A stretch of DNA of 64,000 nucleotides from the NCBI RefSeq assembly GCF_021869535.1, contig NW_026262723.1, forward strand, positions 115,754,001 to 115,818,000, written 5' to 3'. This DNA comes from Mytilus californianus. Its lineage: Eukaryota. The position numbers and the translations under genes are program-made. This document shows, one piece after another, positions 25,485 through 38,870 of the stretch (positions are counted from its first letter, which is position 1; every line of letters begins with the position of its first letter). The notes under the pieces were generated by a model. It ran no database searches, was not told where the DNA came from, and saw only the letters and a program-made list of their open reading frames with translations.

Positions 25485-25897
25485 TTATTATTGATGCGCA
25501 AAGATCAGAAACACAGTTTGGCAGTATTTGGCCACAGCTTTATTACAAACTACACAATTATAAATCCATATAACTAGATAAACAGTTAAGATATATATAT
25601 ATATATATATATAACAGATAGATAATTAGATAGATAGATAAATGAACGTAGTCGCTTTTCATATTGGCACACTACAAAAAGATAACTAGATAACTAACTA
25701 GATAACTAACTAGATAACTAAATATTTAATAAATGAAGCATCCAATAAAATAAAATGAATCCTGGGACACAGAGATTCATAATTTTTTGTGTGGTGGGTC
25801 CTGGGATACAGAGACCCCCAATATCAAATGTTTTGGATGCTTAATGAAATATGCGACAAAATGACGCATAGGTAAAGTAAACGCAGCAAAATGTGCC
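25485..25897 (-). repeat. Split direct repeat B2 of the Ngaro element
   Basis: ~98% match to 26388-26788, with a (TA)n tract and GATAACTA units differing in number. Confidence 0.92.
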
Positions 25898-26387
25898 CAT
25901 AACTTAATACAGTACAAAATGTTCATATAAGCGGGCGTATGAAGGTATATATCTAAAACATATAGTCTTGAAACAGAACACGCACATTACGTTGAGATGG
26001 TACAGCTGTACCAGCAAACTACGGACAACAGACAAGTACACAGTGGATACTAAACTGATACGCTCCATATACAGTGACTGTTTAGTTGACGTCTCACACC
26101 TTTAATTGTAGCAGGAACATTCTGAAAAAAATATATCAAGACACAGCAAAAATTTGTCCATATATAGTATGCAATGTTGAAACAAATAGTGGTGGGTGGG
26201 TTTTTGAAATCACCAAAATATATCCGTCTGCTTCCGTCGAATGTAGCTATTGAAAAGATTGCATGCGCAGTCATACTGCGCGTGATCAATCAGATAAGTG
26301 ATAACCCACATTAGACAAAAAGTAGAACGGCCAATGACACACATAGCTTACACTAATAACCGAATTTATTCTGAATCATAAATTCTA

Positions 26388-26788
26388 TTATTATTGATGC
26401 GCAAAGATCAGAAACACAGTTTGGCAGTATTTGGCCACAGCTTTATTACAAACTACACAATTATAAATCCATATAACTAGATAAACAGTTAATATATATA
26501 TATATATATATATATAACAGATAGATAATTAGATAGATAGAGAAATGAACGTAGTCGCCTTTCATATTGGCACACTCCAAAATGATAACTAGATAACTAA
26601 CTAGAGAACTAAATATTTAATAAATGAAGCATCCAATAAAATAAAATGAATCCTGGGATACAGAGATTCATAATTTTTTGTGTGGTGGGTCCTGGGATAC
26701 AGAGACCCCCAATATCAAATGTTTTGGATGCTAAATGAAATATGCGACAAAATGACGCATAGTTAAAGTAAACGCAGCAAAATGTGCC
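26388..26788 (-). repeat. Split direct repeat B1 of the Ngaro element
   Basis: Direct repeat of 25485-25897, separated from it by a ~490-bp unique segment (putative A2). Confidence 0.92.
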
Positions 26789-26946
26789 AAATTGACCAAG
26801 GCAGTCCTAAATGACTGACGAGTCAACCGCCATTCAAAGCGGATAGAGCTGCGTAAAAGATGTGTGCCAAATACAATAATCATATAAGATATATAAGAGC
26901 TATACATATTTAATAAAAACTGAATTCAAATGAATATCATACAATT

Positions 26947-27548
26947 TCATGATTTACATTCGGGAAAAGTATGTGGCGAGTAGACAAGGAAGGCCTCTAA
27001 AGCGCCCTGAATAGTGTTTAGAAAAATGTAATTACCAATATCAGTCAAATGTACACCATCTTGACATATAAATGTAGAATTAGGAGATATATCGGGGTAT
27101 CGTATGTAATGTCCCCCTTGGCGAATGATATAACTTGCTAGCGAGCTGTTTATTCTCTGCCTGGATCTATCCATTGCTTCAGTATCAGCGGAGTAACGCC
27201 AAGTGAGTCTTGGCAAAATTTGTGACCATACCAATGTGCTATTCAGTAAAAGTTCTGAAACTTTCTTCAAATAATTTTTTAGTCTATTACGTAACACTCC
27301 TGTCTTACTTTCTCCTAAATCATTTCCCCCTATGTGTAATACTAGATAAGTTGGGGGTTCCTCATATCTAAGCATCAGCTTGATCCTATTTAGTAGATCA
27401 TTAAGCCTCATTCCGCTTTTACCCAACCACCACAGCCGAACACCATTTTGATCTTGTCCAAGATTAATGCCACCTGGTCTTGTTCTAGCTTGAACAAATG
27501 CATTTTTCACCTAGGAGGAACCAACAATCCAAATTGTAGTTGGTGAAC
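26947..27548 (-). pseudogene. SGNH/GDSL-type hydrolase of the retrotransposon
   Basis: Blocks WIVGSS (then TAG at 27511-27513), GKSGMR, LHIGGNDL, DGVHL; preceded by an acceptor-like atttcag. Confidence 0.85.
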
Positions 27549-27626
27549 CTGAAATTCTTAAATAGCGGTTAGTCCCACTAAAGTGATTGCAAGTTCATTA
27601 CACAAAATTGTAAATAAATCTAACAG

Positions 27627-28529
27627 TTATAGACATTGTTGTATTCGAATATATGAACGAAATGAATCAGACTTCCACCTACCCATGGCCTGAATTTCAG
27701 AATCAGATAAGCCATTCATGGCACCGCTTGTGGCAGCACCTATCCTGAAAGAATGAGAACTATATTTTGCTTGACTTAAACCCAAAATATTCAGTGACTT
27801 TTTTAGGACTCCCGAAAATTGGTATCTAGTGATAAGGATTCCATAAAAATGACAAAACAGTTGACCAGCGACATTTGGTCTAATTTTTAAGTAATTACGT
27901 AAAGCGAAAACTGCACAAACATCACCAGGCCTATCATCAATAACAATTGTAGTTCCTGTACAGCACTGGTCAGTCTTAGATGAACGTAAGCGGATTTCAA
28001 TACTGGATAGATTTATCTTAATGTCTTTATAATCAAGTGCATGGGATTGGGTTGAGGCGTGTTTTTGGTCGGTTAGTTCGCCACCTCTAAGGAAACCAAA
28101 AAAGGCCAAGGAAAACGAAGCTTGGAAGAGTTTAGTTTCAAAATCATTATGACAAACAGCAGGTAGAACGTTATTAATTTTTGACAATAAATCACGCGTT
28201 ATGGGTAACCTAGCATCCTTTGGTCGACGCTGTGAACGCCTCATTCCTTCGAGTAGCTTTCTGACAACAAAAGCATTAAAGCAGTCAGTATAATTGTTAA
28301 TCTTACTGAAAAAACTCAACCCAGAGATATACGATTTGACAGTTGAGGCCGCAGTTCCAGTGAATGACATATAGGCAATATAGTTAGTTATGTGATGTAA
28401 TGGAATAGGCCATAGATCTTCGAATTGGAATAAGGCCCTAAAATCATTAAATGACCGTAAAGTTTGTTGGTAAACCTTTACCGTATTAGGTGCGACTGCT
28501 GATACAATTAGTCGGTCAATTTCAGTTTA
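27627..28529 (-). CDS. Tyrosine recombinase of the retrotransposon (open frame; first Met at 28370)
   Basis: FFGFLRGGE, SKTDQ, SHSFRIGAAT, GRWKS..F.SYIR: catalytic R, K, HxxR, W, Y all present; the frame is open upstream to ~28529 and overlaps the RNase H end. Confidence 0.93.
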
Positions 28530-28858
28530 GAGATCAGGTCTATGAACTCCCGAGGGACTATTTCCAATGTATCCTCCGCCAATGGTGCTAACCTTCTGAA
28601 CTTGTCTAACTGAAAGCGAGAGAGAGCGTCAGCTATATTATTTTTGGCACCTACAATATGTTTTGCCTTGAACTGAATGTTGTAATGCATGGTACGCAAC
28701 ACGAATGGTCGAATTATTGACATTACTTGTTTTGATTTTGATGTTCTCTTGTTTAGTATATCAACCAACGCGATATTGTCTGTACGAAACAAAATCTTAC
28801 TATTTTTCAAAAGAGGAGCCCATATACAAAGTGCTAGAAGTATAGGAACGAGCTCCAA
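28508..28858 (-). pseudogene. DIRS-type RNase H domain
   Basis: ELVPILLALCIW ... FRTDN ... AKHIVGAKNNIADALSR; separated from RT by stops and frameshifts. Confidence 0.9.
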
Positions 28859-29186
28859 AAATGTTATGTCTTGTAAAATGTTTAATCCTTCCTACGAATC
28901 TGGCCATTTAAACTGTACCCATTTTCTGTTAAAGTAAGATCCACAACCAAGTTCAGCATTGCCTGCACTATCAGTAAATAGTTGCAAAATATCATTATCT
29001 GTCCAATTCAGACCAAGAATCTCCATTAAAAGATTTTAAGAATTCTAACCATACCATGACGTTCTCTCGAATTTCAGAGGTAATTCAAACTGAGAAAAAT
29101 GGTTTCTTGACCCTAAATGATGCAATAACATCATGAAATCTCCGCAAAAATGCTCTAGAGGATGGCACAGCACGTGAACAAAAAGC

Positions 29187-29790
29187 TTATAACCCAACTA
29201 GCGACTCGAAATCCTTCCGCTTTATTGTCATTGGTTGAAGTTGAGAACGTAATTTAATAAGCTTGGCCACTGGAATACGAACTACTATGTCAACTGTGTC
29301 TATTTCTAAGCCAAGAAAAGTTAATCTTGTAGTAGGGTGTATTGTTTTGTCCTCGGCTATAGGCACGCCTAACTCATTAAAAAGTTCTGTAAAGGTGTTC
29401 ATTAAAACCAAGCAGTCATCCGAATTTGCAGAACCGCCGAATATGAAATCATCTAAATAATGCTTACTAGTAACTGAATGCTTACCAGCAGATGAAACAA
29501 CCAACCAATGCAGGAATGTAGAGAATTTTTCAAACAAGGCGCAAGCAATAGAACAACCGAATGGAAGGGATTTGTCCACATAAAAATTACCATCAAAATA
29601 TATTCCAAGTAAATCGAAATCACCTGGAGAAATAGGCAAAAGACGAAAAGCGGACTTTATGTCCTGAACCCCAAGTCTGGCCCCCTTGCCGAGAGATGAC
29701 ACCATGTCGATTACTTCATCAAAGGATGTGTTCTTTACAGATGTTTCATTGGGATTGACAAAGTCATTGACACTACAACCGTTTGGAATA
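29187..29790 (-). pseudogene. DIRS-type reverse transcriptase fragment
   Basis: DIKSAFRLLP, LPFGCS, HYLDDF, LTFLGLEIDT; N-terminus lost near 29790. Confidence 0.93.
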
Positions 29791-32700
29791 TAGAAGACTT
29801 TTCGAAAGAAAAATTGTATGAAAGCTTAGTTTGGACATTTTTATAGCAATTCAAAATTACTACCTATCACCTTTAGCATGACAACAACAATAAAATTTCT
29901 ATACAAACTGTTAAGACTGATTATTCACAATAACTCTGAAGTGGAATTAAGTCTTATAGGCTTGTAAGTATGCTTTATTTTATCACATTGCACTTTCACG
30001 ACTTGACTGTGGTTATCTACAGCAGTTTGTTCAAATTTATGACCAGTTGAACAGTTTGGTTTTTTAAAACAAATTGCAATTTGGTCAGAGTTTGAATAAG
30101 TTGCAATAGGTGGAGAGCAACACTTACAGTCAAGTCACAGTAATTAACTGAACTTTAGTAAACTACGTTTACACTTGTTTTCACTCGTATCTTACCTATA
30201 CTAAACATGACTAATCGTACTAATCTGGAAAGTCTAGAGCGAGTACGTTTCAGATTATGTCGACATGGTAGCTAGAAACTCTTGATGTCGAGATCGCTAA
30301 TGCTAAAAATAATCATGTATGGTCCAGATTGGGTGCAACAGAAATCAGACAAATGGAAATATCTGCATCATGTGGAGTACAAATAATTACTGTCAGAATT
30401 ACAACAGATTAGGACAAATCAAATAGAATTCAGTACAACCAAGATAAGAATATAGTCTGTTCAGACTGTCCCTCTATCACCCACCATTACACCATTACAT
30501 TTGTACTTTGAATAAGGAATGCAGATTTGATTCAAACAATATTCACGGTCGAATATCTTTATTAATTTTAGTTCCTCGCGACTCTTTTTGAGTGAGTGTT
30601 GGTGTTTAACGCCAATTCAGCCCATTTGTCTATTAAAATAATTTTGAAAAACTAGACACATGTGGAAATTCTGAAAATTGATCTTCATGCATATATTTCG
30701 TTTCTTTTATGCATTTTGACTTATAAGTATTTTTATATGTTTAGCTATTTTCTTACCTTCAGTTTCATTTTCTGGATGGATTTATGAGATTTGACCCTCG
30801 GAAAACCATTACTGCCCCAGGAACCTCATGAGTAGTTGTCTTATGTCATGTTGGAGAATAAGGTGTTAATGGCAGATCCTTGATTCATTCTACTAAATTC
30901 ATTCACAACGTTCAGACTCGGGACGATTTAGAACTTTACATATTTTGCCTACACCTGTTGAAGACTGTATGTTGCTCTCTAGATGTTTTTCGTCATTCGA
31001 TGATTTGTGTCGTTGGGTAGCTGTTTCAATGACGTATACCCGACATCTTCTTTTATTCATAGTCGCGATCAAAAGGTAAGCATTGCATTGCAATTTGAAG
31101 TTCATTTATGTATTTTTCAATAGTTTTTATCTGTAATAATAGAATTATATAGATGTTAACATGTTATAGTTAATTTTATTGACCATTACCAAATCTATAA
31201 TAAATATCCTGCAGAAAAATTGTATTTGCAAATTTTTAAAAATATATTCTTGAAGCCATTCGAAAGCCCCAAAAAATACTGTTATGTTAGAATTATGTAG
31301 ACTTTCTTTGTGTTTCAATATTGTGAAAGCTATGGTTAACCATAATTATCGATTAAAGAAAAATCAGTTAATATATCAACTGCAAGAAAGTGTTTTTCAA
31401 GAATTAAAATAACTATCTGATACCAGAAAGCCTTCATGGTGTGATGCTTTTCATGTTGTATTAAAATAACATTTTCTGCAAACCTAGGGAACAAGCAAAA
31501 CCTAGATGTAAATATTAAGTTTGTTATAAATGGGAACATGAATTACAAATGCATGCTGGTAGTAAACTATGTACTTATGTACTGTTTTAAAGTAACTTTG
31601 GCTGTCAGAAATATTTATATAAAATTCAGTGCTGATATAAAAAAAAATACAGTATTGCGTGTGTCATCAGCACACAGTCAAGATTAAAAAGGGAAGTTGC
31701 GTGGTAATCCTCGACACGAAGGTCATGTCCCAGATATTCAATCTCTGAAGTTAAAGATGAATTACATTTTCTTCTGAATTACACTTCACCCACAAAGTAA
31801 TGAGAGAAGCCTACTATTACTGTGTGCTAGGGAATATTGTGCAAACTGCGATAAGTTGACTTCCAAGGATCGGTTTATTTGGTTAATGAATAATGAAAAT
31901 AAAGATATCGTTTTTTAAGCTGAATGCTGTATGCTTTAATGAAGAAAAAAAAATGAAAAATCCAGATAATTTATCCCATTTTCTTAATTATATTTTTTTT
32001 GTGATTTATCCTCAGAGAATTGGGACAAAATGTGCCATATGCTGCATCGTCATAATTTTTTTCCAAATCAAGATAAATTTTGCACCAAATTTTAACAATA
32101 CACATAAAAATTTCATTTGAGCACTTGCCCTTGACGAATCTTGCATTTGGATGACTGTTTAATATTCTTTTTCATTTGCATCAGTCACGAGGAGGACTGA
32201 AATGGGGGTTATGGTTTTTTCCTAAAAAAATATTCTGATCCTCAATTTGATGAAAAAAGGTATTGTGGTCAAGCAGACGACAAAAAATGTTACTTTTTCC
32301 ATTATAAACTTTATCTCTCCATGCACGCAAGCAAACTCGAACCATCAAAATATCATATAACAATCAGTGATTGTACAAGTAATACTTTCCTTTCAAAATA
32401 TTTATAACTGTAAAAACACGATAGTAACACTGAGCACAAATATAGCCAATTCATTACCTTCCAACTGTTGCTGTCAACATAGTTTTTACTTCACGCTATA
32501 GTATCCATTTCCTGATATTTGTTTTCCAATAATTTTAAATCATTCTTGGGTGACATTATCTTTCAATTTCAACTTTTTTATGGCCTTGAAATGTGTTTTT
32601 TTTTTTTTTTTTTTTTTTAATCTTAAACTCAATAATAATAATAAGCAAACAAAACCAAATAATATAAGAATAAGGATATGTGACACGATTACCAACAAGA

Positions 32701-33161
32701 CAACTATTCATTAATGACCAAATTGAGAGTGTAAATAACTATAGAGCACAGTTCGGTATTCAACAATGAGCAAACTCCATACCTTGTAGCAAGCTTAATT
32801 TAAAAGTCCCGGCATTACAAAATGTTAAAACTCAATAAGAGAAATTCAACGGCTAGACAACGAACTGTTTACTAGGGTGATAAAACAAATTTTGCGGCTG
32901 ACGAAAAATAAATTGTTAACTGCTTGTGCACGTCCTGAGGGAAATAGTTCATGCAAATTCAGGCGGAATTCAAATTAAGGTTGACTATTTTGGTCAGCCA
33001 CTGAACTGAATCAAATTTTAGCAGATATATTTAGAGATTCTTGGGATGATTATATTTTTTTTTGGTGTTTTTATCGGGTGAAAATTATAAAATGTTGTTA
33101 ATGTATCATTTTCTAGGGATTTCGAAAATCCCGTCAAGAAATCGTAAAACAATTTTAAGGA

Positions 33162-33276
33162 TCAGTGATCAGTTTCTCAAAAAATCTCACGACTAAAGTT
33201 GATCGCAAGTATACTGAATTGTTCATGAATTACGATCAACTTTAGTCGTCAGATTTTTTGTGAAACTGATCACTGA
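33162..33276. other. Isolated 44-bp near-perfect inverted repeat (foldback or MITE-like)
   Basis: TCAGTGATCAGTTTCTCAAAAAATCTCACGACTAAAGTTGATCG pairs with CGATCAACTTTAGTCGTCAGATTTTTTGTGAAACTGATCACTGA (2 mismatches), ~27-nt loop. Confidence 0.85.
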
Positions 33277-34415
33277 CAAAATTGCATCGTTGGAATCAGA
33301 CACAGCGCTTATTGTATATATAAAAATATTTCTATTTATTGCACTTCTCGGTATATTGCATATATAATGGGCTTACACATATTCAGTTAGCTATGTACAT
33401 ACTAGTACATATCATGATGTACAATCCAGAGAGGATAATGCCTCAAAGGTGTAATTTATATGTTAATGAACAACGGCAGTGCAAACGATGACCATTTGAG
33501 TCATGATAAAATTGATAAAAAGAAGCTTTAAAGTAAGAATTATAGTAAGAAATATGATTTAAGAATAATTAGGGATGCTGACTGAAAATATTGATGAAAC
33601 AGTGTATCTGTGGTTACTCTGATTTTACTTAAACATATTTCCTGACTGTACTAATTCAGGCTATCTGGAGCATGTGCCTTTACTGTTATTTATGTATTTC
33701 TACTTACTCTGAGGAGTCGGTGTTTGTTGGTTGGTGTGGTCTTTTATAGTGTTCAATATTTTTGGTAATTCCAAGTATTCTTTTATGCATTACTATGACA
33801 GAGAAAGCATGATTGATTTTTTTAACAGGTTCATCATTTTAAAAATGATGTTTCATTTCAGGAAAAAACTTTCGATAGTCACATCCTCTCTTTCACAGAA
33901 TTGATAGTGTAAAATTTGTCAACTGCTTTCCACTCCTTTTGAAAATTATGTTGAAACATCAAGACTACTTCTGCAATATTGAACAAATGATGATAGTTAG
34001 TGTAAATTGATTAAAATTTCATGAAAATATATTCATTTTTTGCCATAGCGTTGTCAGTTTTTTTTCGAATTATGGGTGTGAATGTCCCTTTGGTATCTTT
34101 TGCCTCTCTTTTAGACAATTTTTTAACAAAAGATGTTTTTAATATATTAAACTACAGCTTGATTATCCTGACTTTCTGTCAGAATCAGACTTGTTGTTTT
34201 CAACGCGTAACTGTCGTTTTTCTGTCGCTTCTTGTTGCATTATATAAAAACCCAATGATATGATGGAAAAGGCTTTTAATTGTAAAATCTTTGAATGTAA
34301 CAGTTATTCAATCAGACCATAGTAATTTGTTGCTATTATAAATATTTAAACGCCAGATTTATGCTATGTAAATCAATTTAAGGAAAGGAAAATAAACATT
34401 TTGTCATTTTTTAAC

Positions 34416-37091
34416 TTATGTAACAACATCTGAGTCCCTGTTAGTTAGCATTGCCTTAATAGCATTTAGTTTCGCTACTTGTACTGAAAGCCATTGTTGG
34501 ACTGTCTTCCTGCTGCAGAGCAATTAAATGAGGAAATAAAAAACGGCTAAACCAACAACCCCAAAATATATATAGTAAAGGCCAACGATACTATCTAATC
34601 CAAGCGACCGTGCAGAACCAGTTCTATTTGAACTTGTACAATCATCAGACAGAGACCACCATTGTTTAAACCATTTTTCAATTACTACTGCTTCATTCAT
34701 CTTCAGTATTCTATATCAAAAAGAGAGAAAAGAAGAAGCTTTTAACAACAGTGCATTAATAATGGCGCTGCAATGAATTTAAACCGCAGATTTAATTTCA
34801 TGAATGGACATATTAGAATCATAGAAACGTTTGTTTGTAGTGCTCATAGTATGAATGAAAGAAGATTTGAAATATACATCAGTGAGACAGCAACTAAATG
34901 ACAAACATAACGAGAAGACATATAGAGATCAGCATAAGGGCTTCCAAAATATACAAGTGCTTAATAGCTTTAAATCTCACAAGTTTAAAAATGTTGTGAG
35001 TAGATATAGTATTCGTTTTTTTTTGGTCAAGTTTTCAATAAAAATGATAATTACAAACTTGTACAACAGGTAACTTACGCAAGATTAAATGCATTCAAAT
35101 AAGTTGAGTTTTATTCGAGAACAAAGCCAAACCCTGCATTGTTGAACTTTTCGTCCGCCATGGCGTATGTCTGACAATCTTGTAACATGATGTATTCCAG
35201 TTGTGAAAAGTCCGACATGAATGCATACTCATTGGTACGCACGTAGCTCAGTGTGGTATCTATGTCTTTACCTATTGGCATACCAGACATTTAAGTCCAT
35301 ATCTGTCTGTATACCGACGATTTAGAAGTCTGTGAACATATAAATACCAAATATTGATATAAACATTAGATGTGATATGAATGCCAATGAGACAGCTATC
35401 CACCAGAGTTCAAATGAAGTGGATGTAAGAATACAGCTAAGAAAGTCTTTCGTGGTTAGATAATTCATTTCGATAGAATAAAACAATATCATCAGTAATC
35501 CACAATTAAAAAGTTCCGATTCGTACAATTATCCTAAATACTTAATATAATTATTTTACTGTTTATGAGAAATTAGTCTTTGGTAGATTGTCCTTCTTTC
35601 TCGTCTATCAGTAAAAGAACAATTACTGACATACAAGCATGTTTCGATAGTTTAAACATGGATATCTGCTTTTCAGAGTTGCCGCCCCTAGCACAAATAC
35701 AGTTTGGGTTACTTGTATTCTCCAGACTAAGGTAATACTTTAGATAAGATCGGGATAAAATCTCTTACAGACGTTATAAATGAACGTTCTTTTTTACTTG
35801 AGAAAATTTCAAATGTATAATATCATGAACTGTGTGCGAACGTTTTTAGTCTCAAGGTTTTAGTTTTTATGTCTTTTAAGGACGACATATAGATTTCAAA
35901 TAATTTATGAATATGAACTTGTTACTGTAATCAACTTTTACAAAATAGCCAATGTATTATGTTATTTTAGCACTAATGTAATTATTAGACTTTTAAACAT
36001 TTGCAAGTATCTTGTATCATGTTTTACTACAATCATATAATGTTGATTTTAAATACTATGTTTTGATGACACAGGTGTCAGTACCCCGCTGACGCTTGCC
36101 CCCGTTGTAAAGGGGTAGTTTCACAATGAAATATATATATGTATACAGCAATTGACGCAATTGATAATTATTAGTTTAATTATAAAAAAAAAACACTGAA
36201 ATATATATAGATAAAAAGACTACAATTGATATGATTTAGTTTTGTATATGCTTTAATTACCTTTTTACATTACTGTATTTACAAAAAATATTGAAGATAT
36301 TCTTTCAAATTTTCAGTAGTGTAGGTTGCTTATTATCAGTACAAAACGGAAGAGTTTATATAAATAGTGTTTGTCTATTTAAATCTGAATATCAATTAAA
36401 TTCAGTACAATTTCGTTTCCACCGGATAAAGGTACCCCGAAGCGGTGGGAAAAAAACAAATGTTAATTCAGGTAAGGTCAAATTCTTCTTATTTTCATTA
36501 TTTTCTAAGTTTTGCTGACAAGTAAAGTTGTGTGATAGTGATTCCTAATAATGTAGCTACTATTTAGGACTGATCCTTTATTGGCTTTCTCTCTCGCCAA
36601 ATCCTCAGAATCGGATAAGGGGTACCTGTTCAACGAAGCATGTGAAGAGTTCAAACTTTTTAAAACACATTTATCCTTCAACTATTCATTTTACGTTTTT
36701 GAAGAACAAAGGTATATCATATTTAAGCTTGAACAACACTGTATTTTGAAATAAACTATTATTTTTACTAAGATATTCATGTAAATAACGCGGACAAATA
36801 GTACGGCGAATAGTGGCGAATAGTTGTTTACTGTATGGGGATAAGAATAGGGGCTTTTTGCTATCATTTTGTCTTTGCTGCGGGGTACCTATATCCGATG
36901 GTGATGCTTCACAGTGAACATGTACCTTAAACAAGGTATGAAGATTTGATCCGGAAAATATAAAGGGTCGAATGTCTTTATGATTCGCAAGTTCCTCGAG
37001 ACTATTGATAGGTGATTCGATGATTGTCACAGTCACATAGGCAGCAAGATTGGCTGTGTATGTCGCTAACATCGTCGTCGTTAATCTCCTC
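34416..37091 (-). pseudogene. Ionotropic glutamate receptor (iGluR/IR-like), last three exons (M3, S2, M4, C-tail)
   Basis: Phase-compatible exons 36926-37091, 35079-35329 (YAFMSDFSQLEYIMLQDCQTYAMADEKFNNAGFGF) and 34416-34710 (KQWWSLSDDC ... SIVGLYYIYFGVVGLAVF). In-frame TAA at 35291, 35111 and 34524. Confidence 0.9.
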
Positions 37092-38802
37092 CTAAAAATG
37101 ATCAAAAGTTCAAATATATCATAACAGTACAACCCCCCACCCCCCCCCCCCCCATTCGTATTCCCGAATATGACTGTTATACTGAATGTGAATTTGCATT
37201 GCTGTGCGGCGTGTCTCGGTGTTTTGTACAGCCAACATTAATGGATTTATTTTGATGTTTCTGTTATGGTTTCGGTTGGATAATCTGTTATGTCTTATCG
37301 TTTGTAGTCCAAATCGTTATAAAATTGCCTTTCCATACCATCATTGTCATGAAAATTGTTTGGACGAATATTGTGAAAATAATTGTATAAAGTTCGAGAT
37401 TGCATGTTAGTTACGTAAGCGCGTCACTGTTTTTGATATCCTGTGGTATTTTTCGTTGATGGAATATGTTCGTTGTTGTTGCATGTTGTGTCGACTATTA
37501 TATTATTTGTTTGTGCGTTTATCTGTTATGAATGTTCTTGCGTGTGTTTGTGCTGTATTTCTGTCACGTACTGTTTTAGCGATATTTTTTAACATTGTCA
37601 TAAAGCGATGAAACCAGGTTCAACCCACCATTTTTTCTTAAAATGTCCTGTACCAAGTCAGGAATATGGTAGTTGTTATCAAATAGTTCGTTTCTATGTG
37701 TGTTGGCGTTTGTTTTTGTTGCACTTCGGTGTTCCTGTTGTTCCTTTGTTTTCCTCTTTTTTGGTTTGTAACCCGGATTTGTTTTTTCTCAATCGATTTA
37801 TGACTTTTGAACACCGGTATACTACTGTTGCCTTTATTTATCAATATGAACATATTTCTTTAAAACATATTATATCACATAAGGTATTGGCTATATGTAT
37901 TTGCAGGTAAACTACATAATATCAAACAATTTAGGAGGAGCTATGGTATGGGCCATTGATTGATCTTGATGATTTTAATGGTATTTGCGGAAATAGTACC
38001 TACCCATTAACTAGTAAAATGAAAAATATGTTCAACGCCTCTTCTCAGGAATCTATTTCAACACCAATATCAACAACTGAAGATATAACTACTAGTAAAA
38101 AATCTGATGACATTAATAAAGAAACCACTTATACATCTACAGAAAGTATTTCCAATGACATATTCTCAACTAAAGATATTACAACAACTCAAGCATCTAT
38201 TAAAAGTGATAAACCAACCAGTCCTTCAACCCAAGAACCCATCTTAACGAGAGAATCAACAACTTATGATACCCTTACTGATAGCAATACACGCAGACAA
38301 ACAGCAGACACAACAAGCTATAAGTCACATACAAATATGGAGTCAGCAGATACACTCGAATTAACAACGTTAGCAAGTAAGCCAACCGTTCAACCTTCAA
38401 TGCCTGTTTCAAATCTTTCCACTCATATAGAAAATGATATTACAGAGATTACACCGTCGACAAACACATCTACAGAACATTCCAGTAAAATACTGAAAGA
38501 AACTACAAATACCTACAGTCCTGTTTCAATAAGTAATCAAAAAGAAACATCCGGAACATCTTCAATGCAAACTGGTTTACTATTTTCTACTGTGAAGACA
38601 TCGACAGAGACATCACATTCAACAGTCCCAGAATTAACCACAAAGTCAGAATCGATCTCCTTGACAGAAACTGACTTTACAGCTGTTACTTTATCATCAA
38701 CAACATCTAAGATACCAGATTCACAAGGATATTCACTAGGTTTTTATACACTGTTATGATAAAAATGAATAGCTGTTCTGTAAATCTGTTTTGAACACAC
38801 AC

Positions 38803-38805
<3 letters not shown>

Positions 38806-38865
<60 letters not shown>
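38806..38865. repeat. (GA)30 microsatellite
   Basis: Direct reading. Confidence 0.97.

Positions 38866-38870
<5 letters not shown>

Larger units (their letters stand above)
25485..29790 (-). mobile_element. Ngaro-type (DIRS order) tyrosine-recombinase retrotransposon, 5'-truncated and decayed
   Basis: Minus-strand order RT - RNase H - YR - SGNH hydrolase, then repeat B1, unique segment A2, repeat B2 (split direct repeat layout). No methyltransferase between RNase H and YR; gag and A1 absent. Confidence 0.9.

Noticed and set aside
30760-31105. Possible minus-strand exon ending at an AAG|gtaaga donor-like site
   Set aside because: All frames upstream contain stops and no recognisable motif.
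34416-35329. TAA reassignment or programmed readthrough explaining the iGluR stops
   Set aside because: TAA is the true terminator of the chitinase genes here, the chitinase paralog has Tyr where copy 1 has TAA, and the iGluR also lacks its 5' exons.
36420-36630. GGTACCCC/GGGGTACC inverted motifs as MITE ends
   Set aside because: Only ~8 bp of inverted match, no TSD and no second copy to confirm.
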